Below, piece after piece: positions 1-10,028 of a DNA stretch of 46,506 nt. This DNA comes from a virus (taxonomy: Duplodnaviria > Caudoviricetes). The stretch is from positions 1-46,506 of the IMG/VR virus record IMGVR_UViG_3300032326_002117. The stretch is one strand, 5' to 3'. Under the pieces are notes generated by a model. That model did no database searches, had not been told where the DNA came from, and worked only from the letters and a program-made list of their open reading frames with translations. The first letter of the stretch is position 1. Every line of letters starts with the position of its first letter. The position numbers and the translations under genes were made by a program.

Positions 1-92
1 GACCTTAATCTGACAGCTAAATACTTGTCAGGAGCTAAACCCATTCCTACAATTTCACCAAGCCAATTAATAGAAGCAAAAATGTTTTTCAT
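1..92 (-). CDS. hypothetical protein, 5' part (runs off window)
   Basis: ATG at 92 on the minus strand, open to the window edge (MKNIFASINWLGEIVGMGLAPDKYLAVRLR). Confidence 0.45.
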   Translation of the reverse strand, partial: MKNIFASINWLGEIVGMGLAPDKYLAVRLR

Positions 93-145
93 AATACAAA
101 TAATATTATAAAAACAAACCACCACCAACCTGTACAAAAATTAAA

Positions 146-961
146 ATGGATAAAAAAATAACCCTAATCATCACAGGACAATTAAGGCTAAAAGAAAACC
201 AAAACCCAATAGATAAAATCCAATATCATATAAATCATATAAAACCAAATAACACAATCTTATTCCTATGGGACAACGAATATCAACAACATAAAACTGA
301 TATAGATTCCCTTAACTTACCCATTATTGTTGGAGATTCAAATATGCCCCAATATTCTGAATCAACTATAGAAAATATGCTCAATGCACTAAATAGACAA
401 CATGATGCAAAAATTAAATATAATAAAGATAATTGTGATGAAAATTTTCTTATCAATATACTTAAACAAATATATAGCCTACAATACACTTTTCAAAACA
501 TAAAAGAAACTTCCAACGCATATGTAAAAACAAGATATGACAACATTTACCTTAATGATTTTCAAATTCAAATATTACTAAATAATTTCTTTCATGAAAA
601 TAATCCCATAATAGCTACACCTTTTGGCGGAGATTATAACAACATTGGACTCGGAGACCTAATAACAATCACAAACAATAAAGCTAACAAAATATTTCAA
701 AATTATTACCAAACATATATAGAAGAATTAAACTCTCAAACAACACCAATGAATAATGAACTCGCACTTAGATACATATTCAAAAACCTAAACCACTCTG
801 ATATATATAGATTTAATTTTATCCTTACAAATGAAAAACATCTCAATAATAAAAAAATCTACCACGCTAATAGAAATCTTTACCAACAACATGGACTAAA
901 CTATAAAGAAGAATACATAGGAAAAGATAACTTGTACTTGCCCGATTATAAAATAAAATGA
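146..961 (+). CDS. putative glycosyltransferase-like protein, paralog 1 of 3
   Basis: 271-aa ORF with ITGQLR, KTRYD and GIGLGD-like motifs shared with the next two ORFs; function inferred. Confidence 0.6.
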   Translation: MDKKITLIITGQLRLKENQNPIDKIQYHINHIKPNNTILFLWDNEYQQHKTDIDSLNLPIIVGDSNMPQYSESTIENMLNALNRQHDAKIKYNKDNCDENFLINILKQIYSLQYTFQNIKETSNAYVKTRYDNIYLNDFQIQILLNNFFHENNPIIATPFGGDYNNIGLGDLITITNNKANKIFQNYYQTYIEELNSQTTPMNNELALRYIFKNLNHSDIYRFNFILTNEKHLNNKKIYHANRNLYQQHGLNYKEEYIGKDNLYLPDYKIK

Positions 962-1746
962 AAACAACACTCATCATCACTGGACAACTAAGACTTATCA
1001 ATGAAGAAAATCCAATAGACAAAATCCAATACCACATCAATCACATAAAACCAAATGAAACAATTCTCTTCCTATGGCAAAATGAATACCAACAATACAA
1101 AAATGAAATTGATTCACTAAACCTACAAACAATAACACTAAATGAAAACCTGCCCGAAATTGATTATCAAAAAATATTACTATCTCAAAAACAAATCAAT
1201 AAACAACCAAATACAAATACACCACTACAACTAACAAAAGACAATATTGATTTTTTTACCAGACTAATAAAACAATATTACCAAATACAACACATCTTCC
1301 AAAACATAAAATCAGATTCCAATATATACATAAAAACACGCTATGATTTGAAATATTTAGCACCATTCAATATAAATCCCTTATCTCAATTCTATAATGA
1401 AAATTTACCCATAATTTCCACCCCTTTTGGAGGAGATCTACATGGCATTGGACTTGGAGATTTAATGACAATAACAAATAATAAAGCTAATCAAATATTT
1501 CAAAATTATTATGATGTTTTTATCCACCACTTACAAAATGAATTAAGCCCCGTAAATGCCGAATTCCTAATTAGATATATTTTTAAAAATCTAAACCATT
1601 CTGATATATATAGATTTAATTTCTTCTGCACAACACAACATATGGAAAAGAATAATTATATCTACCATGGACTAATACAACATGGAGAAATAATAGGAAA
1701 AGACAATCTGTACTTGCCCGGATATTACAAAAATCCTATTGTATAA
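958..1746 (+). CDS. putative glycosyltransferase-like protein, paralog 2 of 3
   Basis: 262 aa; ATGA overlap; highly similar to 146-961. Confidence 0.6.
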   Translation: MKTTLIITGQLRLINEENPIDKIQYHINHIKPNETILFLWQNEYQQYKNEIDSLNLQTITLNENLPEIDYQKILLSQKQINKQPNTNTPLQLTKDNIDFFTRLIKQYYQIQHIFQNIKSDSNIYIKTRYDLKYLAPFNINPLSQFYNENLPIISTPFGGDLHGIGLGDLMTITNNKANQIFQNYYDVFIHHLQNELSPVNAEFLIRYIFKNLNHSDIYRFNFFCTTQHMEKNNYIYHGLIQHGEIIGKDNLYLPGYYKNPIV

Positions 1747-2608
1747 AATTATTATGGACTTTAATTTTAAACCCACTACAGCTCTCATATTTACAGGTCA
1801 ATTAAGACTTGAAGAAAATCAAACACCACTTCAAAAAATACAAAAACAATTAGACCTTTTTCCACATGATGAAGTTTATATGTTTGTTTGGGATTATGAA
1901 TACGAAAAATATCAAAATGATTTAAAACAAATTAATGCTAACATGATAATTGGAGATTCTTCTAAACCAACTTTTGATGATGAAACTTTACAATATTTGG
2001 TGCTTCAATTCAGAAATTATTTTATTAGAAAAATGATCAAAGACAATGAAAGAGATACACCAAGAGAAAGACTTGAAAGCATACTTTTTAATTGGACAAA
2101 ACATTATTACATTATGCAAAAAACTTTTCAGGAAGTAAATCTCAAACACACTTATTACATTAAAACCAGATACGACAATCTATATATCGGTGATGCAAAT
2201 TTTGATGAAGTAAAATCTTTATTAGATAATCCAAAACCAGCTTTAGCAACACCAATATATGGAGATGCTGATGGTATAGGACTTGGAGATTTATTTGTAA
2301 TCGCTAATAAAAGTGCTGCCAAAATATTTCAAACTTATATGGATCAAATAATAGAAGAAGTTAAAAAGAAACTATGCCCCTCATCACCAGAAGCAGCCAT
2401 GAGGTATATCTTCGCAAATGTACATGATACAAATATATACAGAATAAATTTACCATGCACTACCCAAGATATGGCTAAAAGAAATTTCTGGCTACATGGA
2501 AATACACCATTCCAATACCTTAGAAAAGACAAACTCAAAGTACCAATTATATACGCTCCAGATAATGTAGATATAACTTTTGATCTACCGTTATTTCAAA
2601 CCCAGTAA
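1739..2608 (+). CDS. putative glycosyltransferase-like protein, paralog 3 of 3
   Basis: 289 aa; FTGQLR, KTRYD, GIGLGD motifs; true start may be the ATG at 1754. Confidence 0.6.
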   Translation: MYKIIMDFNFKPTTALIFTGQLRLEENQTPLQKIQKQLDLFPHDEVYMFVWDYEYEKYQNDLKQINANMIIGDSSKPTFDDETLQYLVLQFRNYFIRKMIKDNERDTPRERLESILFNWTKHYYIMQKTFQEVNLKHTYYIKTRYDNLYIGDANFDEVKSLLDNPKPALATPIYGDADGIGLGDLFVIANKSAAKIFQTYMDQIIEEVKKKLCPSSPEAAMRYIFANVHDTNIYRINLPCTTQDMAKRNFWLHGNTPFQYLRKDKLKVPIIYAPDNVDITFDLPLFQTQ

Positions 2609-3351
2609 TGTAAAAAATCTATAAGAGGAATAATAATCTCAGTTTAGTTGTCAATAATACCTTAGCCTGGTAATATAGCCTTACAACATTTCAAAAGCTA
2701 TATTCCAGGCTAAAATTATACTCTTTATACTTTAAATTCTAACTATAAAAACTAATATAACATTCTGGTGGAGTGTAGGTGGAGACTTTGTGGTGACTCA
2801 GTGGTAATATTACACCTATATTATTACCTTATTAAGCTTTTTATCCTTATATATCAAAACAATATCCCAATACAAGATATATATCCTATACTGCCTATAT
2901 CATTCACAATATAGATAATACATGTACTTAAAAAAATAATAACCTTGATTTAGCTTCAAGGTTATTAAATTATCTTAATTTCTACATAGAGAAATTACAA
3001 TTTTATTGGGGAATTTTGACCGACATGAATTTCAAATCATCGGGGCATTTGAAAACCGATGAACAATTATAAAATTCAAATATAAATTTTAGCGGTAATA
3101 TATCTTATTCTACACTGCTAAAAAAGTTTCCTGCATCGAATTTCAAAAAATTCAAAAAATAAGAAGATGAGCCTTTTCATACACAAAAGGAGATCAACAG
3201 AACACCAAACGTAGGCTCATCTTCCTGTGTTTTTTATACAGTAAATTGTTGAACCTATTTTTCGAGTGTTATGTTTCTAATGTTGTTAAAATTATAAAGT
3301 TCAATTTAGGTTCAACTTTTATAACAACTATATAAGGAAAATTGTGAGCCT
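2609..3351. other. long non-coding gap with several inverted repeats; candidate replication origin
   Basis: No ORF >=60 aa; inverted repeats at ~2662-2713, ~2938-2966, 3163-3224 and ~3248-3316; + strand changes from C-rich to G-rich across it. Confidence 0.45.
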
Positions 3352-3939
3352 ATGAATATTCACGGTTATAGTATTTCGAGGGTTAATGGTCCTGGCAATA
3401 GATTTACATTATGGACTCAAGGATGTTTTAAGAAGTGTAAGAATTGTTTTAATCCTGAGACATGGAGTTATAGTCCCAATAAGATTTTGTCACCTTATCA
3501 AATTTTCGAGCTAATAAAAAATTATCAAGATTTAGATGGTGTGACAATTACTGGTGGAGATCCTTTTGAGCAAGAGGATGATTTACTTTCTTTATTATTT
3601 CTTTTGAGTGGTGAAAATTATAAGAAAGGAGTGATTGTTTTTTCTGGATATACAAAAGAGCAAATCGAGCAACATCCAGTAAGAAAAAAGTGTTTAGAGT
3701 ATGTGGATGTTTTGATTGATGGTAAGTATGTTGATGAATTAAATATTGGGGTTGATTTGAGAGGAAGCTCAAATCAACAGTTCTATTTTTTCTCTAATAA
3801 AATAAAAGAGGAAGAATTAAAGTTCGACCATGAGATTGAGATTTCGAGCTTTGATGATAGCATTATAATTACTGGCTTTCCAAAAATTGACAGAAAATAT
3901 TTAAAGAGTTTTGGAGTGAATATTAAAAATGACAAGTAA
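3352..3939 (+). CDS. nrdG: radical SAM protein, anaerobic ribonucleotide reductase activase (NrdG)-like
   Basis: NGPGNR..W.QGC, CxxxCxxC (CFKKCKNC), GVTITGGDPF, DVLIDGKY, LRGSSNQ. Confidence 0.8.
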   Translation: MNIHGYSISRVNGPGNRFTLWTQGCFKKCKNCFNPETWSYSPNKILSPYQIFELIKNYQDLDGVTITGGDPFEQEDDLLSLLFLLSGENYKKGVIVFSGYTKEQIEQHPVRKKCLEYVDVLIDGKYVDELNIGVDLRGSSNQQFYFFSNKIKEEELKFDHEIEISSFDDSIIITGFPKIDRKYLKSFGVNIKNDK

Positions 3940-4288
3940 TGATCTTTTTAAATTAGAGAAGAAGAAAAGTAATATTGAAGAATTTTTTGCTTTATTGTAT
4001 GGGCAAAAAATTCATCCATCATTTCTTGTTTATAGTGAGCTGCCAATTGATTTTTCGAGGATTGAGTCTTTAGAGGTGTGGCAAATTGAAAATGATAATG
4101 ATTTTTATTTTGTGTTATATTTCTACAATCAGCCATTTTTGATTTTCGAGATGGATGTTGAGGCTTTAGATATTAAGAATGTAACTTGTATAAATAGAGA
4201 AATATATCGGGATTCAATTATTTATTTATCGAACAATTTAGGTTTGAGGTACGTGCCATTCAAAGATAGAAATTCGAGGATAAAATGA
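3929..4288 (+). CDS. hypothetical protein
   Basis: 119-aa ORF overlapping its neighbours in an operon. Confidence 0.65.
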   Translation: MTSNDLFKLEKKKSNIEEFFALLYGQKIHPSFLVYSELPIDFSRIESLEVWQIENDNDFYFVLYFYNQPFLIFEMDVEALDIKNVTCINREIYRDSIIYLSNNLGLRYVPFKDRNSRIK

Positions 4289-4485
4289 AAAAGAAAAATA
4301 TGTTGTTAAAAGATTTATTAATTGATTATGTTCGTCTTTATTATTCTGATCATTTAATTGACATAGAGAAAAAGAATGCCTTAAGAATTTTCGAGCTTTT
4401 ATTGGATGAAGGAATAGAGGTAAGTGATTTTATTCCGATCATGAGACAAATACAATTAGATTTAGATATGGCGGTGATGGTGTAA
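4285..4485 (+). CDS. hypothetical protein
   Basis: 66 aa; ATGA and TAATG coupling with neighbours. Confidence 0.6.
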   Translation: MKKKNMLLKDLLIDYVRLYYSDHLIDIEKKNALRIFELLLDEGIEVSDFIPIMRQIQLDLDMAVMV

Positions 4486-4787
4486 TGTTTAATAATCCAT
4501 ATGAAATGTTTTCTTATTTGGAAAAATTAAAAGAATTAGTTGATAATGTTGTTTTGATGAGAAAAGAAAAACTTAATAATCTTTGTGAATGTTGTCATGA
4601 AAAAGAAATAGAGGTAGAGTGGAGACCTTATAATTTTTGTGATGAATATATTGAAGATGGAGAAATGAAATACAAGATCAATATTAATTTCTTCTGTCAA
4701 GTGTGTTATGATATTTTGGTAGAGAAAGAAGAAATAACATTAGGAGATTTTACCATTTTCTACAATGAAAAAAAAGAGGAGATTTAG
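4485..4787 (+). CDS. hypothetical protein with two CxxC pairs (Zn-binding?)
   Basis: CECC ... CQVC. Confidence 0.6.
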   Translation: MFNNPYEMFSYLEKLKELVDNVVLMRKEKLNNLCECCHEKEIEVEWRPYNFCDEYIEDGEMKYKININFFCQVCYDILVEKEEITLGDFTIFYNEKKEEI

Positions 4788-4800
4788 ATCTCCTCTTTTT

Positions 4801-5064
4801 TTATTCTATTTCGTTTTTGCTTTCTGAAATAATGTCGAAAGCTTGTTCCATTAAATCTAATATTTCAGTTTTTCGAGGTATATCTGCAGTACGTACCTCT
4901 TCCATGATATTTAAAAATTTCTCTTGTAGCTCATATAGCATTTCGAAGTCTGAATCATCTTGTTCTGGTTTTAAAATATCTGTATTGATTTGAGCTTCTC
5001 TTTTTAAAAGCATTTCGAGGGCAACAGAATTATAACCAATCTTCTTTAATATTTCGTGATTCAT
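4801..5064 (-). CDS. hypothetical protein
   Basis: 87-aa ORF converging on a bidirectional hairpin at ~4770-4802. Confidence 0.6.
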   Translation of the reverse strand: MNHEILKKIGYNSVALEMLLKREAQINTDILKPEQDDSDFEMLYELQEKFLNIMEEVRTADIPRKTEILDLMEQAFDIISESKNEIE

Positions 5065-5120
5065 GATATTTTGGTTTTCGATATCGCTTTTGAATTTTCC
5101 TGCATATGATACAATACTTT

Positions 5121-6026
5121 ATGAACTTATCCCTGTGCTGCATTTCGAATTTATTAGCTGAAGAAGGCCATAAATTTCGGACCATGACTTTTAAGAGTTT
5201 TTCGAGCAAACCAAGAGAAGAGTCATTAGAGAAGCTGTCTGGTATTGTAGCTAATAATTTTTCCGTGAGCGAAAAAATTATTAGACATTGTGCAGCCAAA
5301 GGAATTAAGGGCTATAGAATTTCGAGTGATCTTTGTCCTGTAATAAATCATCCGGAAGTGAATGTTGCTTTAGAGGACATGCCTAATTTTGGTTTTATTA
5401 ATTATGAAATTATTAAAGTTAAAAAAGCAATAGAGGAAACAGGAATTCGAGTAAGTGCACATCCATCTGAGTATATATCTTTAACTTCAGAGGATGATAA
5501 AGTAATTAATAATTCAATTAAAGATCTTGAACAACATGCTGAGATTTTCGAGCGTTTGGGTTTAGAGAAGGGCCATTATAATCCTTTAAATATTCACATA
5601 AGAAAAGAAGGAAATGCTGCGGATCTTTCTAATATTTTTATGAAGAATTTCGAGCGCTTGAGTGATGGTGTTAAGAGTCGTTTAGTTCTTGAAAATAATG
5701 ACACTGGAATTACCTGGGATGTTGCAGCTTTAAAGAAATATTTTTACAAGCCTCATGGTATCCCGGTAACATTTGATAATCTGCATCATCAAATGTTAAA
5801 TAATGGAATTTCTGAGTATGATGCTTTTTTTGATGCATATGAAACCTGGCGTGATATAGTACCAATATTCCATTATTCTGAAGGTAAGAATAATGGAAGA
5901 GCTCACAAAGACATGGCGGACTATTTGCCTGAAAATTTTGGCAAGGAAGTTTTGTTTGATGTGGAACTAAAGAATAAGGATATTGCAATTTTGGATATTC
6001 TTAGGAGGCTTGAGAATGACAACTGA
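5121..6026 (+). CDS. uvsE: UV-damage endonuclease UvsE/UVDE
   Basis: YRISSDL.P, RVSAHPSEY..L.S, NIH, RLVLENND, P+TFD.LHH, FHYSE, RAH.D, DVELK.KD motifs. Confidence 0.9.
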   Translation: MNLSLCCISNLLAEEGHKFRTMTFKSFSSKPREESLEKLSGIVANNFSVSEKIIRHCAAKGIKGYRISSDLCPVINHPEVNVALEDMPNFGFINYEIIKVKKAIEETGIRVSAHPSEYISLTSEDDKVINNSIKDLEQHAEIFERLGLEKGHYNPLNIHIRKEGNAADLSNIFMKNFERLSDGVKSRLVLENNDTGITWDVAALKKYFYKPHGIPVTFDNLHHQMLNNGISEYDAFFDAYETWRDIVPIFHYSEGKNNGRAHKDMADYLPENFGKEVLFDVELKNKDIAILDILRRLENDN

Positions 6027-6288
6027 ATTGATAAAAGAAATTGTTCTTGACAATAATAAGGTTTTCGAGTATTTAGAGGCAGCAAATTTAATTTCTATTA
6101 GAGAGTTTAAGAATGGGAAAGAAATTGTTTTCAAAGATGAGAACGGCGATCTTTCAATTTTCATAAACAATATACCATATGCGTCCTATACATTGCTGGC
6201 CACTGTGGATGGAAAGTCATATAATGCATGTTTGAGAGCTGAAGAATTTATGAAATTTTGGAATAAATACAAGATTTTTAAGATCTAA
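6016..6288 (+). CDS. hypothetical protein
   Basis: AGGAGG upstream of the ATG at 6016. Confidence 0.65.
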   Translation: MTTELIKEIVLDNNKVFEYLEAANLISIREFKNGKEIVFKDENGDLSIFINNIPYASYTLLATVDGKSYNACLRAEEFMKFWNKYKIFKI

Positions 6289-6329
6289 CGTTTCAGCATT
6301 AGAATTTCGAGGTATAATATTAAGGATGG

Positions 6330-6406
6330 TGCGGGATAGAGCAGTCTGGTAGCTCGGCAGTCTCATAAATTGCAGGTCGAGGGTTCAAATCCCCCTCCCG
6401 CTCCCA
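6330..6406 (+). tRNA. tRNA-Met (CAT), initiator-like 1:72 mismatch, encoded CCA
   Basis: Cloverleaf; anticodon loop CTCATAA; GGTTCAAATCC T-arm; ends in CCA. Confidence 0.9.
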
Positions 6407-6409
6407 TGA

Positions 6410-6481
6410 TCCTCAATAGCTCAGCGGTAGAGCAAACGGCTGTTAACCGTTAGGTCACTGGTTCGAATCCAGTTTGAGGAG
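6410..6481 (+). tRNA. tRNA-Asn (GTT)
   Basis: TCCTCAA/TTGAGGA acceptor; loop CTGTTAA; GGTTCGAATCC. Confidence 0.95.
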
Positions 6482-6494
6482 TTTTATAATTTAA

Positions 6495-6567
6495 GGCCTG
6501 TTAGTCGAGTGGTTAAGATGCGTCCCTTTCACGGATGAGACCAGGGGTTCGATACCCCTACAGGCTA
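6495..6567 (+). tRNA. tRNA-Glu (TTC)
   Basis: GGCCTGT/ACAGGCT acceptor; loop CTTTCAC. Confidence 0.9.
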
Positions 6568-6636
6568 TTTATATTTCGAGGATTTAGAGAGATACATGTT
6601 ATTTATTCAAGTTTTCGAGGTATAATATTTATGTAT

Positions 6637-6707
6637 TTTCCGGTCGTTCAATGGTAGGACAGAGGTTTTTGGTGCCTTTAATTGGAGTTCGAATCTCTAC
6701 CGGAAAA
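6637..6707 (+). tRNA. tRNA-Gln (TTG)
   Basis: TTTCCGG/CCGGAAA acceptor; loop TTTTGGT. Confidence 0.88.
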
Positions 6708-6710
6708 TTT

Positions 6711-6782
6711 GCTTAGGTAGTTCAATGGTAGAACATCATACTTGTAATATGATTGTTGGGGGTTCGATTCCTCTCCTAAGCT
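6711..6782 (+). tRNA. tRNA-Thr (TGT)
   Basis: GCTTAGG/CCTAAGC acceptor; loop CTTGTAA. Confidence 0.92.
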
Positions 6783-6865
6783 TACCTAATTTTTCGAGGA
6801 ATTTACTTAAATAAATCGATTTTAGGGCTTGTATCATGAAAAAAGATGGTACAATATATCGGTAA

Positions 6866-6938
6866 GCAACCATAGCTCAGTGGATAGAGCAATTGCCTTC
6901 TAAGCAATTGGCCGCAGGTTCGAGTCCTGCTGGTTGCA
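6866..6938 (+). tRNA. tRNA-Arg (TCT)
   Basis: GCAACCA/TGGTTGC acceptor; loop CTTCTAA. Confidence 0.95.
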
Positions 6939-6975
6939 TTTTTCTCTCATAAAATAAAACTAAAGGATTCAGGAA

Positions 6976-7185
6976 ATGACAATCATTTCAAAAGTTCATG
7001 TGGATGATATACCTAACCTTCGCTCCCAGGGTGTAGAAATTAAATTTCTACCCTTGTCCGTGATATCAGCTCTTTATGGTGATGATGAATTAAAATCAAT
7101 TGGTGAATATCACTATGCTTACATCAATATTGATACCACCTTAGAAGCGCTCATCGCACTGCAGAAAATTCAAACAGTACGATAA
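6976..7185 (+). CDS. hypothetical protein
   Basis: 69-aa ORF with an SD-like sequence, followed by a terminator hairpin. Confidence 0.6.
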   Translation: MTIISKVHVDDIPNLRSQGVEIKFLPLSVISALYGDDELKSIGEYHYAYINIDTTLEALIALQKIQTVR

Positions 7186-7268
7186 TCTTCAGGGATGTGA
7201 GAATCTTCACATCCCTTTTCCCTTTTCTAACATGATATAATCCAAATGTCGTATGGAGGCGACAACAC

Positions 7269-9248
7269 ATGATTATAGCGGATAAGAATGCCCCTATTGA
7301 AAAATCAGGAATGGGGAATGAATCTTTCTTTAATATTAAAGAAGAGAACGTAGCCCATATCTTTTCAATTCTTCGTAACCAATTGTATTCAGATAAATTA
7401 CTCGCAATAATTCGAGAGTACATCACGAATGCAATTGATGCCCATGTTGAAGCAAATGTAGAAAAACCAATATCTATCACAATGCCAACATTATTCTCTA
7501 AAGAATTAGTTATTAGAGACTATGGCAAAGGTTTATCCCCAGAAGATATTGTTGAAATATTTGCCTCTTATGGTGCTTCAACAAAAAGACAATCCAATTC
7601 CTATACTGGTATGCTTGGTATTGGTAGTAAATCTGCTTTTGCCTATACCGATTCCTTTACTATTATTTCGAGGCATGAAGGAATTGAAACAACATATCAA
7701 GCTTATATTGATGAAACGAATGTAGGTACAATTTCCACTGTATATTCCAAACCAACAGATGAGACTGGATTATCTATTCATATCCACATAGCCAAGGATG
7801 ATTTTTCGAGGCTTCAAGATAAGATGGTTGAGTTTTTCTCTTTCATCGACTATAGACCAGAGTTTGTAAATTATAATGTTTCTATCCCTAAACATAAGAC
7901 AACAATATCTGGTACATATTGGAAATTTGTAGAATCCAAAAGAAAACATTGGCATTATGAACCAAAAATTTATTTTGTCATGGGAAATGTCACATACATT
8001 TCTGACACAAAAGAAATTAAGAGCCAAATCAATATTGATTTGTCCCTCTTACAAAATTTAGCAAGATTAGATTTGGTTGTAGATGTTCCTATTGGTAGCA
8101 TGAAACCATCTGCATCTCGTGAATCGTTAGAGTTTAATGAACTAACAAAGCAATTCATCTTCAAAGCTCTATACAATATTCGAATAGAATTAATTGAAAA
8201 GCTTAGAGATGATTTTGGTAATTGCTCTAATAAATGGGAAAGACATTGTATCGCTTTTCAATTTGATGAGTTGTTCCATTCAATCATGCCATCTGATATT
8301 TCGAGGTGGATTTATGCAGTTCACAAAGACACATTTGGAATTACAGATATCAAAATGGTTACGTCAGATTTACTTTATCCATTCCCAAAAGATAAAGTAT
8401 ATTTGACAAGCAATACAGTCTTTGTTATGTATGATGAATCTAAAAAAATTACATATGCGAACAAGAGAGTGTCAGACTATGCTGAAAGAATGGCATCCCC
8501 AGAACAAGTCAAATATGCAATTTTAAAATTCAAAAATAAAGAAGATATTGAGAATTTTAAAAACTATAGTTCTTTCATAGGTGCAACATTCATAGATTTA
8601 GAATCGTTACCAAAACCTGCAACAGTTCAAACAGTATACAAAAGTCAAGAAGCTGAAGTGTATGAGTTTGTTCGTATTTCTCAACATAACGTAACATCAT
8701 GGGTTCCGGCAAAAACTCCACCTCCCTCTGATGCTATATATTTAGAGATATCAAGCTTCAAACCAAAACATTATGAAGAGAACAGATTTATTAATAATGT
8801 TTTAGATGACTTTGATAGGCTCCGTATTCCCTTTCCAAAAATCTATGGGGTGAAAACTGCTGACTTAAAGAAAACAGTACAGCCTACATGGATTGAGTTT
8901 AAGGATTATATTATTAATCAGATAAACGACTGGAAAAAGAAAAACCCTGATGATGTTAGAGACTATGAATATTTTATGGAAGTGACAAACTTCCAAAAAG
9001 ATTTAATTGCTTATCATCCTGTATTATCTTATCTTGATTCGCACATGGATAATTACAAAAAGAGACAATCCTTGTTTGATATTTTCCAAGCCAATGTAAA
9101 GAAGATTTTCGAGCTTGATGTTTTTAAGTTTAATCCTCCAAAAGAATTAGGGCAGATATATGAAAAATATCCTTACCTAAATGCTTTCCGAGACCAAATG
9201 AATTTACTTGAATTCCAGCGTTTATTGAAATATTTAGATATGCCATAG
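7269..9248 (+). CDS. rIIA: rIIA-like protein (N-terminal GHKL/Hsp90-like ATPase), copy 1
   Basis: LYSDK..AIIREY.TNA.DAH, IRDYG.GLS, YGASTK, G.LG.GSKSAF.YTDSF, VMGNV.Y, PSASRESL. Confidence 0.85.
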   Translation: MIIADKNAPIEKSGMGNESFFNIKEENVAHIFSILRNQLYSDKLLAIIREYITNAIDAHVEANVEKPISITMPTLFSKELVIRDYGKGLSPEDIVEIFASYGASTKRQSNSYTGMLGIGSKSAFAYTDSFTIISRHEGIETTYQAYIDETNVGTISTVYSKPTDETGLSIHIHIAKDDFSRLQDKMVEFFSFIDYRPEFVNYNVSIPKHKTTISGTYWKFVESKRKHWHYEPKIYFVMGNVTYISDTKEIKSQINIDLSLLQNLARLDLVVDVPIGSMKPSASRESLEFNELTKQFIFKALYNIRIELIEKLRDDFGNCSNKWERHCIAFQFDELFHSIMPSDISRWIYAVHKDTFGITDIKMVTSDLLYPFPKDKVYLTSNTVFVMYDESKKITYANKRVSDYAERMASPEQVKYAILKFKNKEDIENFKNYSSFIGATFIDLESLPKPATVQTVYKSQEAEVYEFVRISQHNVTSWVPAKTPPPSDAIYLEISSFKPKHYEENRFINNVLDDFDRLRIPFPKIYGVKTADLKKTVQPTWIEFKDYIINQINDWKKKNPDDVRDYEYFMEVTNFQKDLIAYHPVLSYLDSHMDNYKKRQSLFDIFQANVKKIFELDVFKFNPPKELGQIYEKYPYLNAFRDQMNLLEFQRLLKYLDMP

Positions 9249-9353
9249 CCCTCCATCTATGGCAGGTCAAGGGGAATGCTAAATATTCCCCTTGACACAC
9301 TAAACACACCATGGTAATATTCTGTATCTCAAACCCTACTAAAGAGAGACGAC

Positions 9354-10028
9354 ATGAATTTCGAGGATGTTTTTTCAATCAAGCATCAAAGCAAGATTTC
9401 GAGTTATGAAGAATATTGGAAATCTGTTTCACCAACAAACCGCAATGAGATTTTTAGAAGATGGCTGTTTGCTTATACATCGATACATTCTACATGGCAG
9501 AGTAATGTACGCACTTACAACCATATCAAAAATTTCGAGCAATGGATAAACGATAAAACCAAACTCGCAGAATTATTATATATCTCTAAAGGTGGTTGTC
9601 ACAATCAACGCACCGAAAGTATATGGGATTTCAAAAATAAGTATTTCGAGAATCCTGATAATTTTGAAAAATCGAGCAGTGAGTCTTGGGTAGATTTGAG
9701 AAACCGACTCGCTGTTAACTTAAAAGGAATTGGATTGGCTAAAGTATCATTTGCCCTTGAACTTTGCTATCCAAATAATGTAGAGGTGGTGTGTCTTGAC
9801 GTGCATATGCTTCGTGCTTTGGGTCTAAACACTCAAGGATACAAAGCAGATAGCAAAAAAGATGTATCCGAATATATCAACGGCGAAAACATTTGGATAG
9901 AAAAATCTAAACGAATGGACACATCACCCTACATAACAAGATGTTTATATTGGGATATTTTACAGGGTCACAAGAACTCCCGCTATTGGTCTTCTTGCCT
10001 TGAATCCCAATTGTGCCTTGAAATATAG
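9354..10028 (+). CDS. HhH-GPD superfamily DNA glycosylase/AP lyase (Ogg/endonuclease III-like)
   Basis: HhH motif LKGIGLAKVSF followed by VCLDVHMLR. Confidence 0.7.
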   Translation: MNFEDVFSIKHQSKISSYEEYWKSVSPTNRNEIFRRWLFAYTSIHSTWQSNVRTYNHIKNFEQWINDKTKLAELLYISKGGCHNQRTESIWDFKNKYFENPDNFEKSSSESWVDLRNRLAVNLKGIGLAKVSFALELCYPNNVEVVCLDVHMLRALGLNTQGYKADSKKDVSEYINGENIWIEKSKRMDTSPYITRCLYWDILQGHKNSRYWSSCLESQLCLEI

